A stretch of 59,062 nucleotides of DNA from a virus (IMGVR_UViG_3300037493_000177:1-59062); one strand, 5' to 3'. Positions 26,501 through 37,130 are shown, counted from the first letter of the stretch. Notes: a model not told the origin generated them from the sequence alone. Made by a program: numbers and translations.

Positions 26501-29163
26501 GTCCACAAAATGGATTCTTAGTCGATAGTTTTAATGGTCAAGGCGTTGGCGATGTCCTTTCCAGCGATTGGAAAGCATCAATCGATAGCACGTTACAAGA
26601 ACTTCGCCCATATTACAAAATGGATCAAGTATCTTTATTCGAAGATATTGGTGCGGCCTTAAGCAGAACTGGAAGAAACTACGAAGTTAACGGCGATTTA
26701 GTGACATTAAAAATTGCTAGTACTACGCCTCTGGTGAAACAACTGAGAGCTTCACATGCTGAGTCTGTAAACCCATTTGACGTATATTCATTTGCTGGAA
26801 CCGTCACAATCAATCCGTGGTCAGACACTTGGTTTGAAACTAAACGTCGTCCTGATGTCATCATCAATGATGAAGGCCAGTACAATGCGGTAGTCAATAA
26901 AGCTATTGCTGATGGCGTTTTAGGAACGGTATGGAACGCTCCTCAGACTCTTTGGTTTGGCGAAACTCTTATAAGTTCAACTGCAGACAAAGCTATTCGT
27001 CAAAATGGCGTTGGATTAGACTTTGATGCTAAGTACGGTATTGCAACTCGCAGAGATACTTCTGCATCTGATTTTAACTTCGGTGTTCGTATAGTTACGA
27101 CTAATACGATTGCAGTTAATTCTAGCGGTGTTCGCACTGGTACTACTAAGTTTATCACTGAGAAAACTGAAAACACAGTTATAAGCGATAAACTCGTATC
27201 AACAGAACTTATTCCATACATGAGAACGCGCAACATCTTGTTTAGAGGCGAAGCCTTTAAACCAGAGACAAGAATATACGCGTTCTTTGATGGCATCAAC
27301 GTTGATCAGTACATTAAACCTACGAAAAGAATCGAAGTTGTTGGATATGGCGCAACTACAACACCGCCAGCATTTCTATTAAATACCAATGTTGGTTCAA
27401 ATGTAAATTCTACTGCTAGAAAAGTGAGTGGTCTTGTCGAAAGTTCATACACATACGGCGAAGTTCTAAGCGAATATGTATCCATTAGCGGAGGAGCTGG
27501 AACTCTTACTGGTGTGACTTGTGTGTTATTGGGTCAAGAAACTAAAGGCGCAACATATCTATTTTATATTGACAATATTCTAGGCGGTAGTCTGCATAGC
27601 GATTCTGGTTCAAACGTTTACTACTTAAAAGGTGAATTCACTAATGCAACTATTAAGTACATCCCGTCAAGTTCATACAATCAGTTGACCCCAACAACGT
27701 TGAGCACTACATATAGCGGTCAACTTTATGGGACATTCAGCATTCCAAATGATGCGTCTATGAGCTTTAGAACTGGCGTAAGACAACTTAGATTCACAGA
27801 CAGTTCTAGCAATAACACCAAGAATGAACTTACATATTCAGAACAGTCATATGAATCGCGTGGTACTATCGAATGGATGGAAAAAACAATTCTATCTACT
27901 AGAACTGCTCAGGTATCATCTGCTCAAGTCTCCGAAACATGGACACTAAATACTACTCGTCAAGCTGTTGGTGGTGACACTGGCTGGTACGATCCTTTAG
28001 CACAGACGTTCTTAGTAGATGTAACTGGTGGAGCATTCATGACAGACGTAGATCTATTCTTCGCTTCTGTTGATACTACTATACCTATTAAAATTGAGAT
28101 TAGAAACGTTGTCAATGGATACCCAGGTCCTGTCATAGTTCCATTTAGTACTGTGATTAAGTATCCATCTGCAATTGCAGTAGATGCTTTAAGAGGTTCG
28201 GTTGCAACTAATTTTAAATTCCCTTCTCCAGTTTATCTTCAGGCTAACACCGAGTATTGTCTGTGTATGTTTGCCGATTCTGCAAAATATAAATTGTGGG
28301 TTGCGCAATCTGGCGAGATCGACGTTAATGGATCTGGTTTAATTTCTGGTCAACCTTACGCCGGTGTACTATTTAAATCGCAGAATGCATCTACTTGGAC
28401 AGCTGATCAATCACAAGATTTGAAATTCCAATTGAATCGTGCGGTGTTTAATACAAATACTGCTACTCTCGATTTGGTTAATGCACATAGAACTACTGAT
28501 CTATATTTTGACGTATTGCAGGCAAACGCTAGTAATATTATTCTTACTAACACTAATATCACGAGTGCATATATTGACAGTAATTCCGTAAGTACTAATA
28601 TCAATTTAGGTGAAAATTCAAACTTCACTTCTCCGAAATTAGTTAAGTCTTCTACCAATGAAGCCGGAACTCCTTCGATGAAACTTAGATTGAACTTGTC
28701 TACTACTCAGAATAACGTTTCTCCAGTGGTAGACTTGAGCAGATGTAGTGCTACTATGATTAGTAATGTCATTGATAATTTAGGTGTTGACAATGAAACT
28801 CTGCCGGACGTTGGTCTTGCAACTGCTAAATATGTAACTAAGCAAATCAATTTGAATGATGCGGCAACTACTGTTAGAATTTTATTCAGTGCATGTGTTC
28901 CCAATTTAACTAACACAGACGTCGAGGTATATTATAAAGTAGGAGATTCTGCTTCAACAACATTTGCAACAGCGTCTTATACTTTATTGACGCCTACTAC
29001 TCCGTATGTGAAGACTCAAAATTCTAAATCATTTACTGAAGCAGAATATTTAGTTCAAGACATAACACCATTTACTGCTATTAGAGTCAAACTAGTATTC
29101 AAATCAGACAATACTTCGCAAGTGCCTAGAGTAAAAGACTTACGAGTATTGGCATATGCATAA
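23593..29163 (+). CDS. large virion structural protein, VrlC/DUF4815-like
   Basis: PFFDDY..FYRILFRPG.AIQARELTQ.Q, APGA.R, LARRTYDESGDY, YTMRDIG.LE.RI..LEYYTSL, DPLAQTF, LFKSQNASTW. Confidence 0.85.
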   Translation: MALDFNIEPFFDDYSEDDKFYRILFRPGYAIQARELTQMQTILQQQIKRQGDHLFKNGSMVIPGQISYDNNTPYVKLKASISSSSTVSTFSVLSSVIGKTYRGAVSGVEAIVLAATPLEVVSGITEADTLFIKYTRGAGKFSYGEIISPTDGSSGLDLIVQDLAIDALTLGVGTTASIERGIYYIKDNFVLVTAQTAVLSKYSSSPSIKAGLQVIEEIKYPEDDGYDVLLDNALGSPNYAAPGAARYYIDLVLKSVAYDLVVDPYEFIPLLTLLNGSVQFMVDKTEYAQIEKTLARRTYDESGDYTVRPFPIQVKEYRNNYRDWAVDTTFIVGDIVYQNLSAYKCILNHTSASTGSFAIGSNWIEDTTPRYNYGLYTGPTNSTSISTEITPLTTLMSLAVEPGKAYVKGYEVEKIATQYLTIDKARTTSDIESVSLKTSPGNYIIVNTVNYIPDIATVITFYDRVGTAGVLPAGGVVVATARAKQIQLHATGKYKLFLFDIQVAAGKNFGRDAKFAYSVTGASAFLRFTAQIEATLVQVPGNLVTAASSTTINAVNSTFINDFKVGDYINVSGTNRFVSAVVSNNQLTIDVATAVLATATNIYRVETTTYDPTGVLSVYPIPRYATNSTQNLKYTFYKKALSQSASVTITETGYVFGASTDSTNYIVVDRATGIHQTITAGTPTAGQFRVVVSGSSATFTMTAGPTYDIIYAIRKAINGSVAKQKVLTNITETGLTLTSGSVTLTKPDGFELIKVINSSNVNITSSFTFNGGQTESYCGLSSISTTATVTGAISVTYSYLNHLAGGDYIAVNSYTAGSSNVTYEELPSVFMNTIDFRPRTNNDGTWDGAVVPKYGEDTDVEYNYYYGRIDKLSIDTTGALIITKGIPGESPNEAKSPDNAMDLYLFYVEPYTFTAEYGIASQKVENKRYTMRDIGRLESRIKNLEYYTSLSMLEQNTINAKSYDKYGIERPQNGFLVDSFNGQGVGDVLSSDWKASIDSTLQELRPYYKMDQVSLFEDIGAALSRTGRNYEVNGDLVTLKIASTTPLVKQLRASHAESVNPFDVYSFAGTVTINPWSDTWFETKRRPDVIINDEGQYNAVVNKAIADGVLGTVWNAPQTLWFGETLISSTADKAIRQNGVGLDFDAKYGIATRRDTSASDFNFGVRIVTTNTIAVNSSGVRTGTTKFITEKTENTVISDKLVSTELIPYMRTRNILFRGEAFKPETRIYAFFDGINVDQYIKPTKRIEVVGYGATTTPPAFLLNTNVGSNVNSTARKVSGLVESSYTYGEVLSEYVSISGGAGTLTGVTCVLLGQETKGATYLFYIDNILGGSLHSDSGSNVYYLKGEFTNATIKYIPSSSYNQLTPTTLSTTYSGQLYGTFSIPNDASMSFRTGVRQLRFTDSSSNNTKNELTYSEQSYESRGTIEWMEKTILSTRTAQVSSAQVSETWTLNTTRQAVGGDTGWYDPLAQTFLVDVTGGAFMTDVDLFFASVDTTIPIKIEIRNVVNGYPGPVIVPFSTVIKYPSAIAVDALRGSVATNFKFPSPVYLQANTEYCLCMFADSAKYKLWVAQSGEIDVNGSGLISGQPYAGVLFKSQNASTWTADQSQDLKFQLNRAVFNTNTATLDLVNAHRTTDLYFDVLQANASNIILTNTNITSAYIDSNSVSTNINLGENSNFTSPKLVKSSTNEAGTPSMKLRLNLSTTQNNVSPVVDLSRCSATMISNVIDNLGVDNETLPDVGLATAKYVTKQINLNDAATTVRILFSACVPNLTNTDVEVYYKVGDSASTTFATASYTLLTPTTPYVKTQNSKSFTEAEYLVQDITPFTAIRVKLVFKSDNTSQVPRVKDLRVLAYA

Positions 29164-29380
29164 TCAAGTAAGCATTGAAAATGAGATAGGCATGGTTAGA
29201 GATATTTCTAGCCATGCCGTGTTATGCAGCGCGAAACATAAGATATTAGACTATAATGTCAAAAGACAAGTTGCAGAGCAAAGAGATATGCTAATCAAGA
29301 GTCATGAAGAGCAAATAAATAATCTAAAGAGCGATATAACCAGCATAAAAGATATGTTGACTGCTCTAATGCAAAGGTAA
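29156..29380 (+). CDS. small coiled-coil protein
   Basis: VRD.SS.A motif and heptad C-terminus; overlaps the end of the VrlC-like gene. Confidence 0.7.
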   Translation: MHNQVSIENEIGMVRDISSHAVLCSAKHKILDYNVKRQVAEQRDMLIKSHEEQINNLKSDITSIKDMLTALMQR

Positions 29381-29383
29381 AAA

Positions 29384-30973
29384 ATGGCACTAGTTTTTAG
29401 AACAGATCAGTCAACACCACTAACAAACGATCAGTTAGATGGTAACTTTAAGTATTTGCGCGATCAGTTACTTCTAAAGTATTTGATTAGTGACTTCACT
29501 GCTGCAAATATTTCAGTTAAGCTAAATACATTTGCAGCTGGTCAAACTACTACTCTTCAACTTGCTGAAACGAATTCACTTAACGCTTGGACTGTAAAAG
29601 ATCTAGCGCCTTCGTCTACACTACCAGGTTCTACTGACAAATCGTCTTTAGTATCTAGAAATTCTGTTGGCGATATCACAGTATCAACTGTTTACGGTGC
29701 ACTTTCTGGCACTGCATCTTTAGCAACTCTAGCTGCTGACGCAACTAAATTAGCAACAGCAAGAACAATTAATGGAATTTCGTTTGATGGTACTGCTAAC
29801 ATTACTATCGCAGATGCAACTAAATTAGCATTAACTGGTGGAACCCTAAGTGGAAAATTAACACTTGCGCCCGCGTCAGCTATTCTATCTTCTATCAATT
29901 TTGGAACTAGTTCTACTGCTCCATCGAGTCCTACTAATGGAGATATGTGGGCAACTACAGCTGGCTTATTCTTTAGAATTAATAATACAACGTATAAGAC
30001 TGCACAAATAGATAGTCCTACTTTTACTGGAGTAGTATCAGCTCCCGGTTATACTGGTGTAGCCGATCAAGTTATTACTATAAGTCATCTTGATGCTGCA
30101 AAAATTACGCTGAATGCTTCCATCGCGCTAAAATCAAATTTGGCGAGTCCTACTTTTACTGGAACTCCATTAGCACCAACAGCAACTGTGGGTAACAGCA
30201 GTACTCAAATTGCAACTACTGCATTCGTTGCTACTGCTAATACAAATAGCGCAAGTACTCTAACAACACAGTATCAAGCATACACTACTGCCGCTATTAC
30301 TACATTCAGTAATAGTAATAATATAGCATTAGCATTAAAATCTAATTTGGCAGGTCCTGAGTTTACTGGCGTGCCAAGAGCACCAACGGCAGCGTCTACA
30401 GACAATAGCACACAGATCGCTACGACTGCGTTTGCAAATAGCGCGGCAGCAACAGTGCAACAACAATTAAACGCAGCGGTTATCGCGCTGAATAATGCAA
30501 TTGCATCTACTCGTCCAGTTCCAGTCGGTGCAGTATTCTATATGTTAAGAGCTACAGTGCCTTATGGGTATCTGGAAGCAAATGGACAAGCGGCGTCTAG
30601 AACAACATACGCAGACTTATGGAACTATCTAGGTCAACCTAATACTGGCAATGGTAGTAGTACGTTCAACGTTATCGATCTGCGCGGTGAATTTGTTCGC
30701 GGATGGGACGACGGAAGAGGTATCGATACTAACCGTGTTATAGGATCATCGCAATTATCAGAAAATCTAGCACATAATCATGGAAGCGCTGGCGACGATC
30801 AATTGGGTTGGGCAGCAGGCGTTGCTGGCTGGCCTGGTACTAGTAGAGGAAGCTTCCCATATGATGCGCGTTCAGCATATGGAGGTGGTTCACAGATTTG
30901 GGATACGACAACCGATGGTGGAAATGAATCTCGCCCGCGTAACATTGCTTTGATGCCTATCATCAAGTGGTAA
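29384..30973 (+). CDS. tail fibre protein with tail-collar domain (short-fibre-like)
   Basis: SPTFTGTP.APTA..STQIATTAF repeats; collar motif PVGAV..GYLEANG...DLRGEFVRGWD; ends ESRPRNIALMPIIKW. Confidence 0.85.
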   Translation: MALVFRTDQSTPLTNDQLDGNFKYLRDQLLLKYLISDFTAANISVKLNTFAAGQTTTLQLAETNSLNAWTVKDLAPSSTLPGSTDKSSLVSRNSVGDITVSTVYGALSGTASLATLAADATKLATARTINGISFDGTANITIADATKLALTGGTLSGKLTLAPASAILSSINFGTSSTAPSSPTNGDMWATTAGLFFRINNTTYKTAQIDSPTFTGVVSAPGYTGVADQVITISHLDAAKITLNASIALKSNLASPTFTGTPLAPTATVGNSSTQIATTAFVATANTNSASTLTTQYQAYTTAAITTFSNSNNIALALKSNLAGPEFTGVPRAPTAASTDNSTQIATTAFANSAAATVQQQLNAAVIALNNAIASTRPVPVGAVFYMLRATVPYGYLEANGQAASRTTYADLWNYLGQPNTGNGSSTFNVIDLRGEFVRGWDDGRGIDTNRVIGSSQLSENLAHNHGSAGDDQLGWAAGVAGWPGTSRGSFPYDARSAYGGGSQIWDTTTDGGNESRPRNIALMPIIKW

Positions 30974-31008
30974 TAAATATAGTAATACCGACTAAGAGGA
31001 CAAAGTAA

Positions 31009-34000
31009 ATGGCAAATATAGTTTATAGAGGCGCTGCGGCACCAACTGCTGCAAACACCGCTGCTAATAAGAATGCGGCTCTAACTAACGATGAAATCGA
31101 TAAAAACTTCTTTGCATTAAACGATGCAGCAATAACAATTGGTACGACCCCAATCAAGCCAAGTGCAACTTCTCTTACGCTTGCTGGATTAACATCTGTT
31201 ACATCTGCCAGAGTGTTGGCCGGTGATGGTACTGCGGCTTCACCATCGATTGCATTTGCTGGGGACGGTGCAATCGACACTGGTTTCTATTGGGGCGGTG
31301 ATGGTTATACCTTCTTTACTAACAACGGTGTTAAAACAGGCGAAATCCAACCTGGTGGTCACTTGTCAATGGTTGGTAACGTCACAGTTGGTGGAAACTT
31401 AACAGTTAATGGCACCACTACGACTATTAACGCGACCACAATAACAGTGGACGATATTAACATTGAGTTGGGAAGTGTAGCAACTCCAACCGATACTACT
31501 GCAAATGGTGGTGGTATCACACTTAAAGGTGCTGGTGATAAGACTATTATTTGGGACAGCAGCAACGCAAACTGGACTTCAAACCAGGACTGGAATATTG
31601 CGACTGGTAAAGTATTTAAGATCAATAACGTCTCAGTGCTTTCTTCTACTACTCTGGGCACAAACGTTGTAAACTCATCATTAACTAAATTAGGAACTGG
31701 TGCTGGCTTCGTAAAGTCAGATCCATCAGGTAACTTAACAGTTGATACTAACACGTATTTAACGGCAGAATCTGATACACTTGCAACTGTCACTGGACGC
31801 GGTGCTACAACTGCAACTGCATCTACTTTCTCTGGTGGTTTGACCGCGTCGGGTTCAACTGCATTTACGTTAAGCAACGCAAATAATAATTATATCACAA
31901 CTGGTACAGACGCAAATACGTTCATTCAAACTCGTGCAAGTACTACAGCATCGACTGGTGCTATGAGTTTGTTCACCGGTGATACTACTTTTGCAACTGG
32001 CACGGCCGGGAGTGTATCAATATATCCTGGTTCGAGTTCTACAGCAACAGGCGCTAATTTATCTATTAGTGGCGGTAACGTAACAACTGCAACTTCTACG
32101 GGAGGATACGTATCTATTCGCGGCGGCGTCGCAACGACAACTGCAACTACGGCTGGAACTGGTGGCGCAGTGCATATCGTGGGTGGATATGCATATGCTA
32201 CATCTGGAACTAAAGTTGGTGGTAGCGTTTGGATAAACGGCGGACTGCCATTCCAAGCGGGCACTAATACCGGCGGCAACGTCAATATTGGTACAGGTAA
32301 TGCGAACTTTAATTCTACGACAACTGGTACTGTAGCAATCAATATTGGTACATCTACTAATACGACAACAGTCAATGGCACAGTTAAACTTCCAAACGTT
32401 GGCACATCCGGATTCGTAAAACTTGGTACTGGTGGTCAACTTAGCCAAGACACTACAGCATACTTAAGTGGCGTTGTTGCAATTGCAAACGGTGGCACAA
32501 ATATTACTACATACGCATCTGGAGACATTCTTTATGCTTCAGCAGCTAACGTACTATCGAAATTAGCTAAGGGCAGCGATGAGCAGGTTCTTAAGTTGGC
32601 GAGTGGATTCCCTGCTTGGGGCACCGATAACGATACTACGTACTCACTTATAACTGAAGCAGAAATCACCGCCGGTACTGCTACAGATTTAAGAACTATT
32701 TCTGGAGCTAGAGCTAAATTTATCGCAGATAGAAATGTTGGGACTGCTACACCATCAGCTCATGGAACAGCAGCAGTTGGAACTAGCTTACAATATGCTC
32801 GTCAAGATCACGTTCATGCTAGTGATAATACTGATACTAATACGATCACCACTATCAAAGGTGGCACTGGTACAGCAGTATCAGGGGCAGTAGAGTTTGC
32901 AGCTGGTACGAATGTAAGTATCACTCAAGCTGGTCAAGTTGTAACAATTAATTCTAGTTATACGGATACTAATACTACGTACTCAGCGAGCACCGGTTTA
33001 ACATTAACTGGAACTGCGTTTAGTGCTAACTACGGGACTACTTCAACAACTGCATGTGCAGGCAATGATGCTAGATTAAGTGATTCTCGTGCAGCTAATG
33101 GCGGAACTGCAACTAATGCAAACAATGCGTATGTTGGACAAACATCCAACACGACTAATTATGATTATTTGTTGTGTTTAGCTGCAGGCGTAAATCAAAA
33201 CATAGCACTTAAAGCGGATGGTTCAGGTGGACCTACATATAATCCATTAAGAAACGCGCTTTGTCTTGATGGATTTGCAGCGCATACATGGGTGTATCCA
33301 GCTCTTCAACTTGGAAGAGATTGGAGTATAGCTCAAGATGCGTATGGATATTCATTCGCTGCAGGTTGTAAAGCAACTACAGCAAGTGCATGGACTGGAA
33401 CTGGATCTTTTGGTAAAGCAATGCGATTTACTTTAGATGCAAACTATGGCACTTTCTACTGGTATGTTAAACCAACTGATACAGCAGATACTACTACTTC
33501 AATAAGTTTCAGAACAGCAATGTCATTAGACATTGACGGAAACTTAAATACTTTTGGCACTGTATCTGGATCTAACTTATCAGGAACAAACACAGGCGAT
33601 GAAACTACCGCGACTATCAAGACTAAGTTAGGTATTACGACGTTATCTGGTTCTAATACTGGCGACCAGACACTACCAACTACACTTCCGCATAATGGTA
33701 CTGCGTTAAGCGCGACTACTGGAACATTCACCAGTAAAGTAAATGTTAGTGATGGAAGTGCTGGATCTCCGTCTATAGCATTTACAAGTGATACTGGAGT
33801 AGATACCGGTTTCTATTGGTCTGCCGATGGATACACAAACTTTACTAATAACGGAGTGTATGCTGGCAATATGGGTCCTAGTGGTAATTTTACTACTGTA
33901 GGTAATATTACTGCGTACGGCACTGCAACAGCGCCATCAGACATTAGACTTAAAACAAATATAACTAGAATTGACAACGCGTTAGATAAAGTATGTCAAC

Positions 34001-34224
34001 TTGGTGGATATACGTTTGATCGTACTGATCGTGTTACAGCAAGACAAACTGGCGTTATTGCACAAGAAGTTCAAAAGGTATTACCTGAAGCTGTTATTGA
34101 ATTGGAAGATGAAAATAAAACTCTAACTGTTGCTTATGGCAACATGATGGGTCTAATGATTGAAGCAATTAAAGAATTAAATGCTAAAGTAACTGATTTG
34201 CAAAATCAACTTGCTAATAAATAA
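31009..34224 (+). CDS. tail fibre protein with C-terminal peptidase S74 intramolecular chaperone
   Basis: T/G/A-rich; GNLTVNGTTTTIN; SDIRLKTNI..GVIAQEV..VLPEAV..VAYGN; AATAAATA at 30972-30979 and GAGGA RBS upstream. Confidence 0.88.
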   Translation: MANIVYRGAAAPTAANTAANKNAALTNDEIDKNFFALNDAAITIGTTPIKPSATSLTLAGLTSVTSARVLAGDGTAASPSIAFAGDGAIDTGFYWGGDGYTFFTNNGVKTGEIQPGGHLSMVGNVTVGGNLTVNGTTTTINATTITVDDINIELGSVATPTDTTANGGGITLKGAGDKTIIWDSSNANWTSNQDWNIATGKVFKINNVSVLSSTTLGTNVVNSSLTKLGTGAGFVKSDPSGNLTVDTNTYLTAESDTLATVTGRGATTATASTFSGGLTASGSTAFTLSNANNNYITTGTDANTFIQTRASTTASTGAMSLFTGDTTFATGTAGSVSIYPGSSSTATGANLSISGGNVTTATSTGGYVSIRGGVATTTATTAGTGGAVHIVGGYAYATSGTKVGGSVWINGGLPFQAGTNTGGNVNIGTGNANFNSTTTGTVAINIGTSTNTTTVNGTVKLPNVGTSGFVKLGTGGQLSQDTTAYLSGVVAIANGGTNITTYASGDILYASAANVLSKLAKGSDEQVLKLASGFPAWGTDNDTTYSLITEAEITAGTATDLRTISGARAKFIADRNVGTATPSAHGTAAVGTSLQYARQDHVHASDNTDTNTITTIKGGTGTAVSGAVEFAAGTNVSITQAGQVVTINSSYTDTNTTYSASTGLTLTGTAFSANYGTTSTTACAGNDARLSDSRAANGGTATNANNAYVGQTSNTTNYDYLLCLAAGVNQNIALKADGSGGPTYNPLRNALCLDGFAAHTWVYPALQLGRDWSIAQDAYGYSFAAGCKATTASAWTGTGSFGKAMRFTLDANYGTFYWYVKPTDTADTTTSISFRTAMSLDIDGNLNTFGTVSGSNLSGTNTGDETTATIKTKLGITTLSGSNTGDQTLPTTLPHNGTALSATTGTFTSKVNVSDGSAGSPSIAFTSDTGVDTGFYWSADGYTNFTNNGVYAGNMGPSGNFTTVGNITAYGTATAPSDIRLKTNITRIDNALDKVCQLGGYTFDRTDRVTARQTGVIAQEVQKVLPEAVIELEDENKTLTVAYGNMMGLMIEAIKELNAKVTDLQNQLANK

Positions 34225-34242
34225 AGCAAGAGGAATAATAAA

Positions 34243-34575
34243 ATGGCAATGACAGCATACTTAGATATTGATCAGGGTTCGGACTTCACGACGGAGATGA
34301 CTCTTGAGAACGATAATGGCACTGCTATGAACTTATTTAGTTTCACAGTGTATTCTCAGTTTAGAAAAAGTTATAACTCCACCATTGGATATAGTTTTAT
34401 TGCTACTGTGACTGATCCATCGAATGGAAAATTTACGCTTTCGCTTCCTGGTACTACATCATCTAGTATAAAGCCTGGAAGATACTTATATGACGTAGAA
34501 ATAGCAAATAGTGCATCTAAGACCCGAGTTGTCGAAGGCGTAATTACCATCAATCCTGAAATAACGAAAATATAA
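34243..34575 (+). CDS. virion structural adaptor protein (Ig/BppU-like)
   Basis: IDQGSDF, SQFRKSY, PGRYLYDVEI, TRVVEG.ITINP; GAGGA RBS. Confidence 0.7.
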   Translation: MAMTAYLDIDQGSDFTTEMTLENDNGTAMNLFSFTVYSQFRKSYNSTIGYSFIATVTDPSNGKFTLSLPGTTSSSIKPGRYLYDVEIANSASKTRVVEGVITINPEITKI

Positions 34576-34814
34576 TGAAGATACGCGTAAACACACAAAA
34601 CACTAATACTGTAAGTGTAAACACACAATCTAACAGTGAAGTGATAGCTGTAGGTATTCAAGGACCGGCTGGTCCTAATTTAATATCGCAGGGATCAGAC
34701 GTGGACGTGACAAATTTGAACCACGGTTCTATTCTTGTCTATAAAACAAATACTAATAAATGGACATCTACCACTACGCTTGACGCGCAGGACATGGAAG
34801 GTGGAGAATTTTAA
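34575..34814 (+). CDS. small fibre-associated protein
   Basis: GIQGPAG collagen-like triplets, DVDVT..GSILVY...KW, ends MEGGEF. Confidence 0.65.
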   Translation: MKIRVNTQNTNTVSVNTQSNSEVIAVGIQGPAGPNLISQGSDVDVTNLNHGSILVYKTNTNKWTSTTTLDAQDMEGGEF

Positions 34815-34830
34815 TCGGAGAAAATAAAAA

Positions 34831-37065
34831 ATGGCAAGCATAATCAGAATTAAAAGATCCACCGTTGCTGGCAATCCCAGTACTCTAGGGGTAGGTGAAC
34901 TTGCGTATTCAGCATTAGCAGACAATGGTTCTAATGGTGGAGATCGCTTATACATCGGCATGGGATCTCCTGAGACTGCGGGCAATGCACAAAGTCACAT
35001 TGTTATTGGTGGTAAGTACTTCACCGATATGGTCACCAATGCTACTGATGCAAATACAGCATCTACGCTAGTTAGACGCGATGCATCTGGTAACTTTACT
35101 GCTGGAACTATTACGGCAGCACTTACTGGTAATGCTACTAGTGCTACTAAATGGGCAACTGGTAGAACGTTATCTTTAACTGGTGACGTTGGATACACAT
35201 CACCTAGTTTTGATGGCACTGGTGATGTAACAGCTGTAGCAACTCTTGCTACTGTAAACGCTAACGTTGGCGTTTATGGTTCAGCAACAGCTATTCCAAT
35301 CGTAACTGTAAATGCTAAAGGCTTAGTTACTGCTGTAAGTACAACAAGTATTACAGTGGGCGATGCAGCACTAACGTTAGCTATTGGTACTGCTGGCGCG
35401 ACGAACACATCTGTTACTATTGGAACTGGAACTGGTTTCACTGCAAATGATTTAACGGCTGCAACCTATGATATTAAAATAGGCCCAGCGTTAACTAATC
35501 TTGTGTCGTTCATGACAACAGCGACTGCTGGTTTCATTAGACGCACTGCTCAAGATACTTACACAATTGATACTAATACGTATCTAACTGCTGGCACTGG
35601 TGTATCATCATGGTCTGGTGGTAGTACTGGTCTTCTACCAAGCACGGCAACAGTTGGCGCAGTTACAGTAACTGGAACTCTAGTCGTAGCGAATGGTGGT
35701 ACTGGAACAACAAATGGTTCTATCACTGGAACTGGTGAACTAACATACACTGCTGGCGGTAGTAATACAAACGTCAACTTGGTTCCACAAGGAACTGGTA
35801 CAGTAGACGTAGCATCTAAGCGTATCACAAGTGTTGCAACACCTACTGGCGACACAGACGCTGCTAACAAAGGCTACGTAGACGCAGTTAAGACCGGTCT
35901 GAATGTTAAAGATGCTGCTCGCTTAGCAACTACCGCTGCGCTAACTGTTACTTATGCAAACGGTACTGCAGGTGTAGGTGCTACATTAACTAATGCTGGT
36001 ACACTTGCGGCTCTTACATTGGATAGTGTACCAGCAGTCGTTGGTGATCGTGTTCTTGTTAAAGATCAAGCAGCAGCGCTACAGAATGGTATCTATGCGG
36101 TAACAGCCATCGGATCTGCTTCTGTAGCATGGGTGCTTACTCGTGCAACAGACTTCGACAATAATCCGACTGGCGAAGTTGCTGGCGGTGACTTCGTGTT
36201 CATTCAAGAAGGTACTACTCAAGCAGACAATGGCTATGTAGTTACTACTAATGGTGCTATCGCAGTTGGTACAACTACTATTGACTTTGTTCAATTCTCC
36301 GGTGCTGGTCAGATTACAGCCGGTAACGGTCTTACAAAATCTGGTAATACTATTAGCGCTGTTGGTACTGCGAATAGAATCACAGTTGCTACAGATTCTA
36401 TTGATATTGCTTCTACGTATGTTGGTCAGGCAACGATTACAACTCTTGGTACTATCACAACTGGTACTTGGACTGCTGGTATAGTTGCTGGTCAATATGG
36501 TGGAACTGGTGTTGCTAACACTGGTAAGACTATCACGCTTGGTGGTAACCTTACTACAGCAGGTGCTTTTGCTACTACATTAACGATGACTGCTGCTACT
36601 GCAGTAACTCTTCCAACTACTGGTACGTTAGCAACATTGGCTGGAACAGAAACGTTCACCAATAAGACGCTAACTGCTCCAGTTATTGCAACCATTGTTA
36701 ACACTGGTACGCTAACGCTTCCAACTTCTACTGATACATTAGTTGGTCGTGCAACAACCGATACTTTAACAAATAAGACAATTACTGGTGCAGTAATTAC
36801 AACTGGTAGTATTAACAATACTCCAATTGGTGCTACTACCGCAAACACTGGCGCATTTACTTCACTATCATCTAACGCTGCTACAACATTCACACTAGTA
36901 ACTGACGCAACAGTGTTAGGAACTGCGGCGGTTGTTCTTAGTGGTGGTATCTCAGTTGCTAAGACTATGTTCATCGGTGCTAACATTACTGGTGCAGGAC
37001 CAGGTACACTTGCATCACCAATATCTGTGATCGATGGATTCCAGATGGATGGCGGTACATACTAA
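34831..37065 (+). CDS. tail fibre protein
   Basis: IRIKRS..L.VGELAY N-terminus; DAANKGYVD, DRVLVKDQ..QNGIY..LTRATDFD module; LTNKT repeats; ends DGGTY. Confidence 0.85.
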   Translation: MASIIRIKRSTVAGNPSTLGVGELAYSALADNGSNGGDRLYIGMGSPETAGNAQSHIVIGGKYFTDMVTNATDANTASTLVRRDASGNFTAGTITAALTGNATSATKWATGRTLSLTGDVGYTSPSFDGTGDVTAVATLATVNANVGVYGSATAIPIVTVNAKGLVTAVSTTSITVGDAALTLAIGTAGATNTSVTIGTGTGFTANDLTAATYDIKIGPALTNLVSFMTTATAGFIRRTAQDTYTIDTNTYLTAGTGVSSWSGGSTGLLPSTATVGAVTVTGTLVVANGGTGTTNGSITGTGELTYTAGGSNTNVNLVPQGTGTVDVASKRITSVATPTGDTDAANKGYVDAVKTGLNVKDAARLATTAALTVTYANGTAGVGATLTNAGTLAALTLDSVPAVVGDRVLVKDQAAALQNGIYAVTAIGSASVAWVLTRATDFDNNPTGEVAGGDFVFIQEGTTQADNGYVVTTNGAIAVGTTTIDFVQFSGAGQITAGNGLTKSGNTISAVGTANRITVATDSIDIASTYVGQATITTLGTITTGTWTAGIVAGQYGGTGVANTGKTITLGGNLTTAGAFATTLTMTAATAVTLPTTGTLATLAGTETFTNKTLTAPVIATIVNTGTLTLPTSTDTLVGRATTDTLTNKTITGAVITTGSINNTPIGATTANTGAFTSLSSNAATTFTLVTDATVLGTAAVVLSGGISVAKTMFIGANITGAGPGTLASPISVIDGFQMDGGTY

Positions 37066-37068
37066 TCG

Positions 37069-37076
37069 TATAAATA
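37069..37076 (+). promoter_or_regulatory. late promoter
   Basis: Perfect intergenic TATAAATA. Confidence 0.75.
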
Positions 37077-37092
37077 AAATAAACACCAATAC

Positions 37093-37130
37093 AAGGGGAG
37101 TTTTTACTCCCCTTTTTCTTTTCCTTTTTT
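37093..37130 (+). terminator. intrinsic terminator-like hairpin
   Basis: AAGGGGAGT-TTTT-ACTCCCCTT followed by TTTCTTTTCCTTTTTT. Confidence 0.8.
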
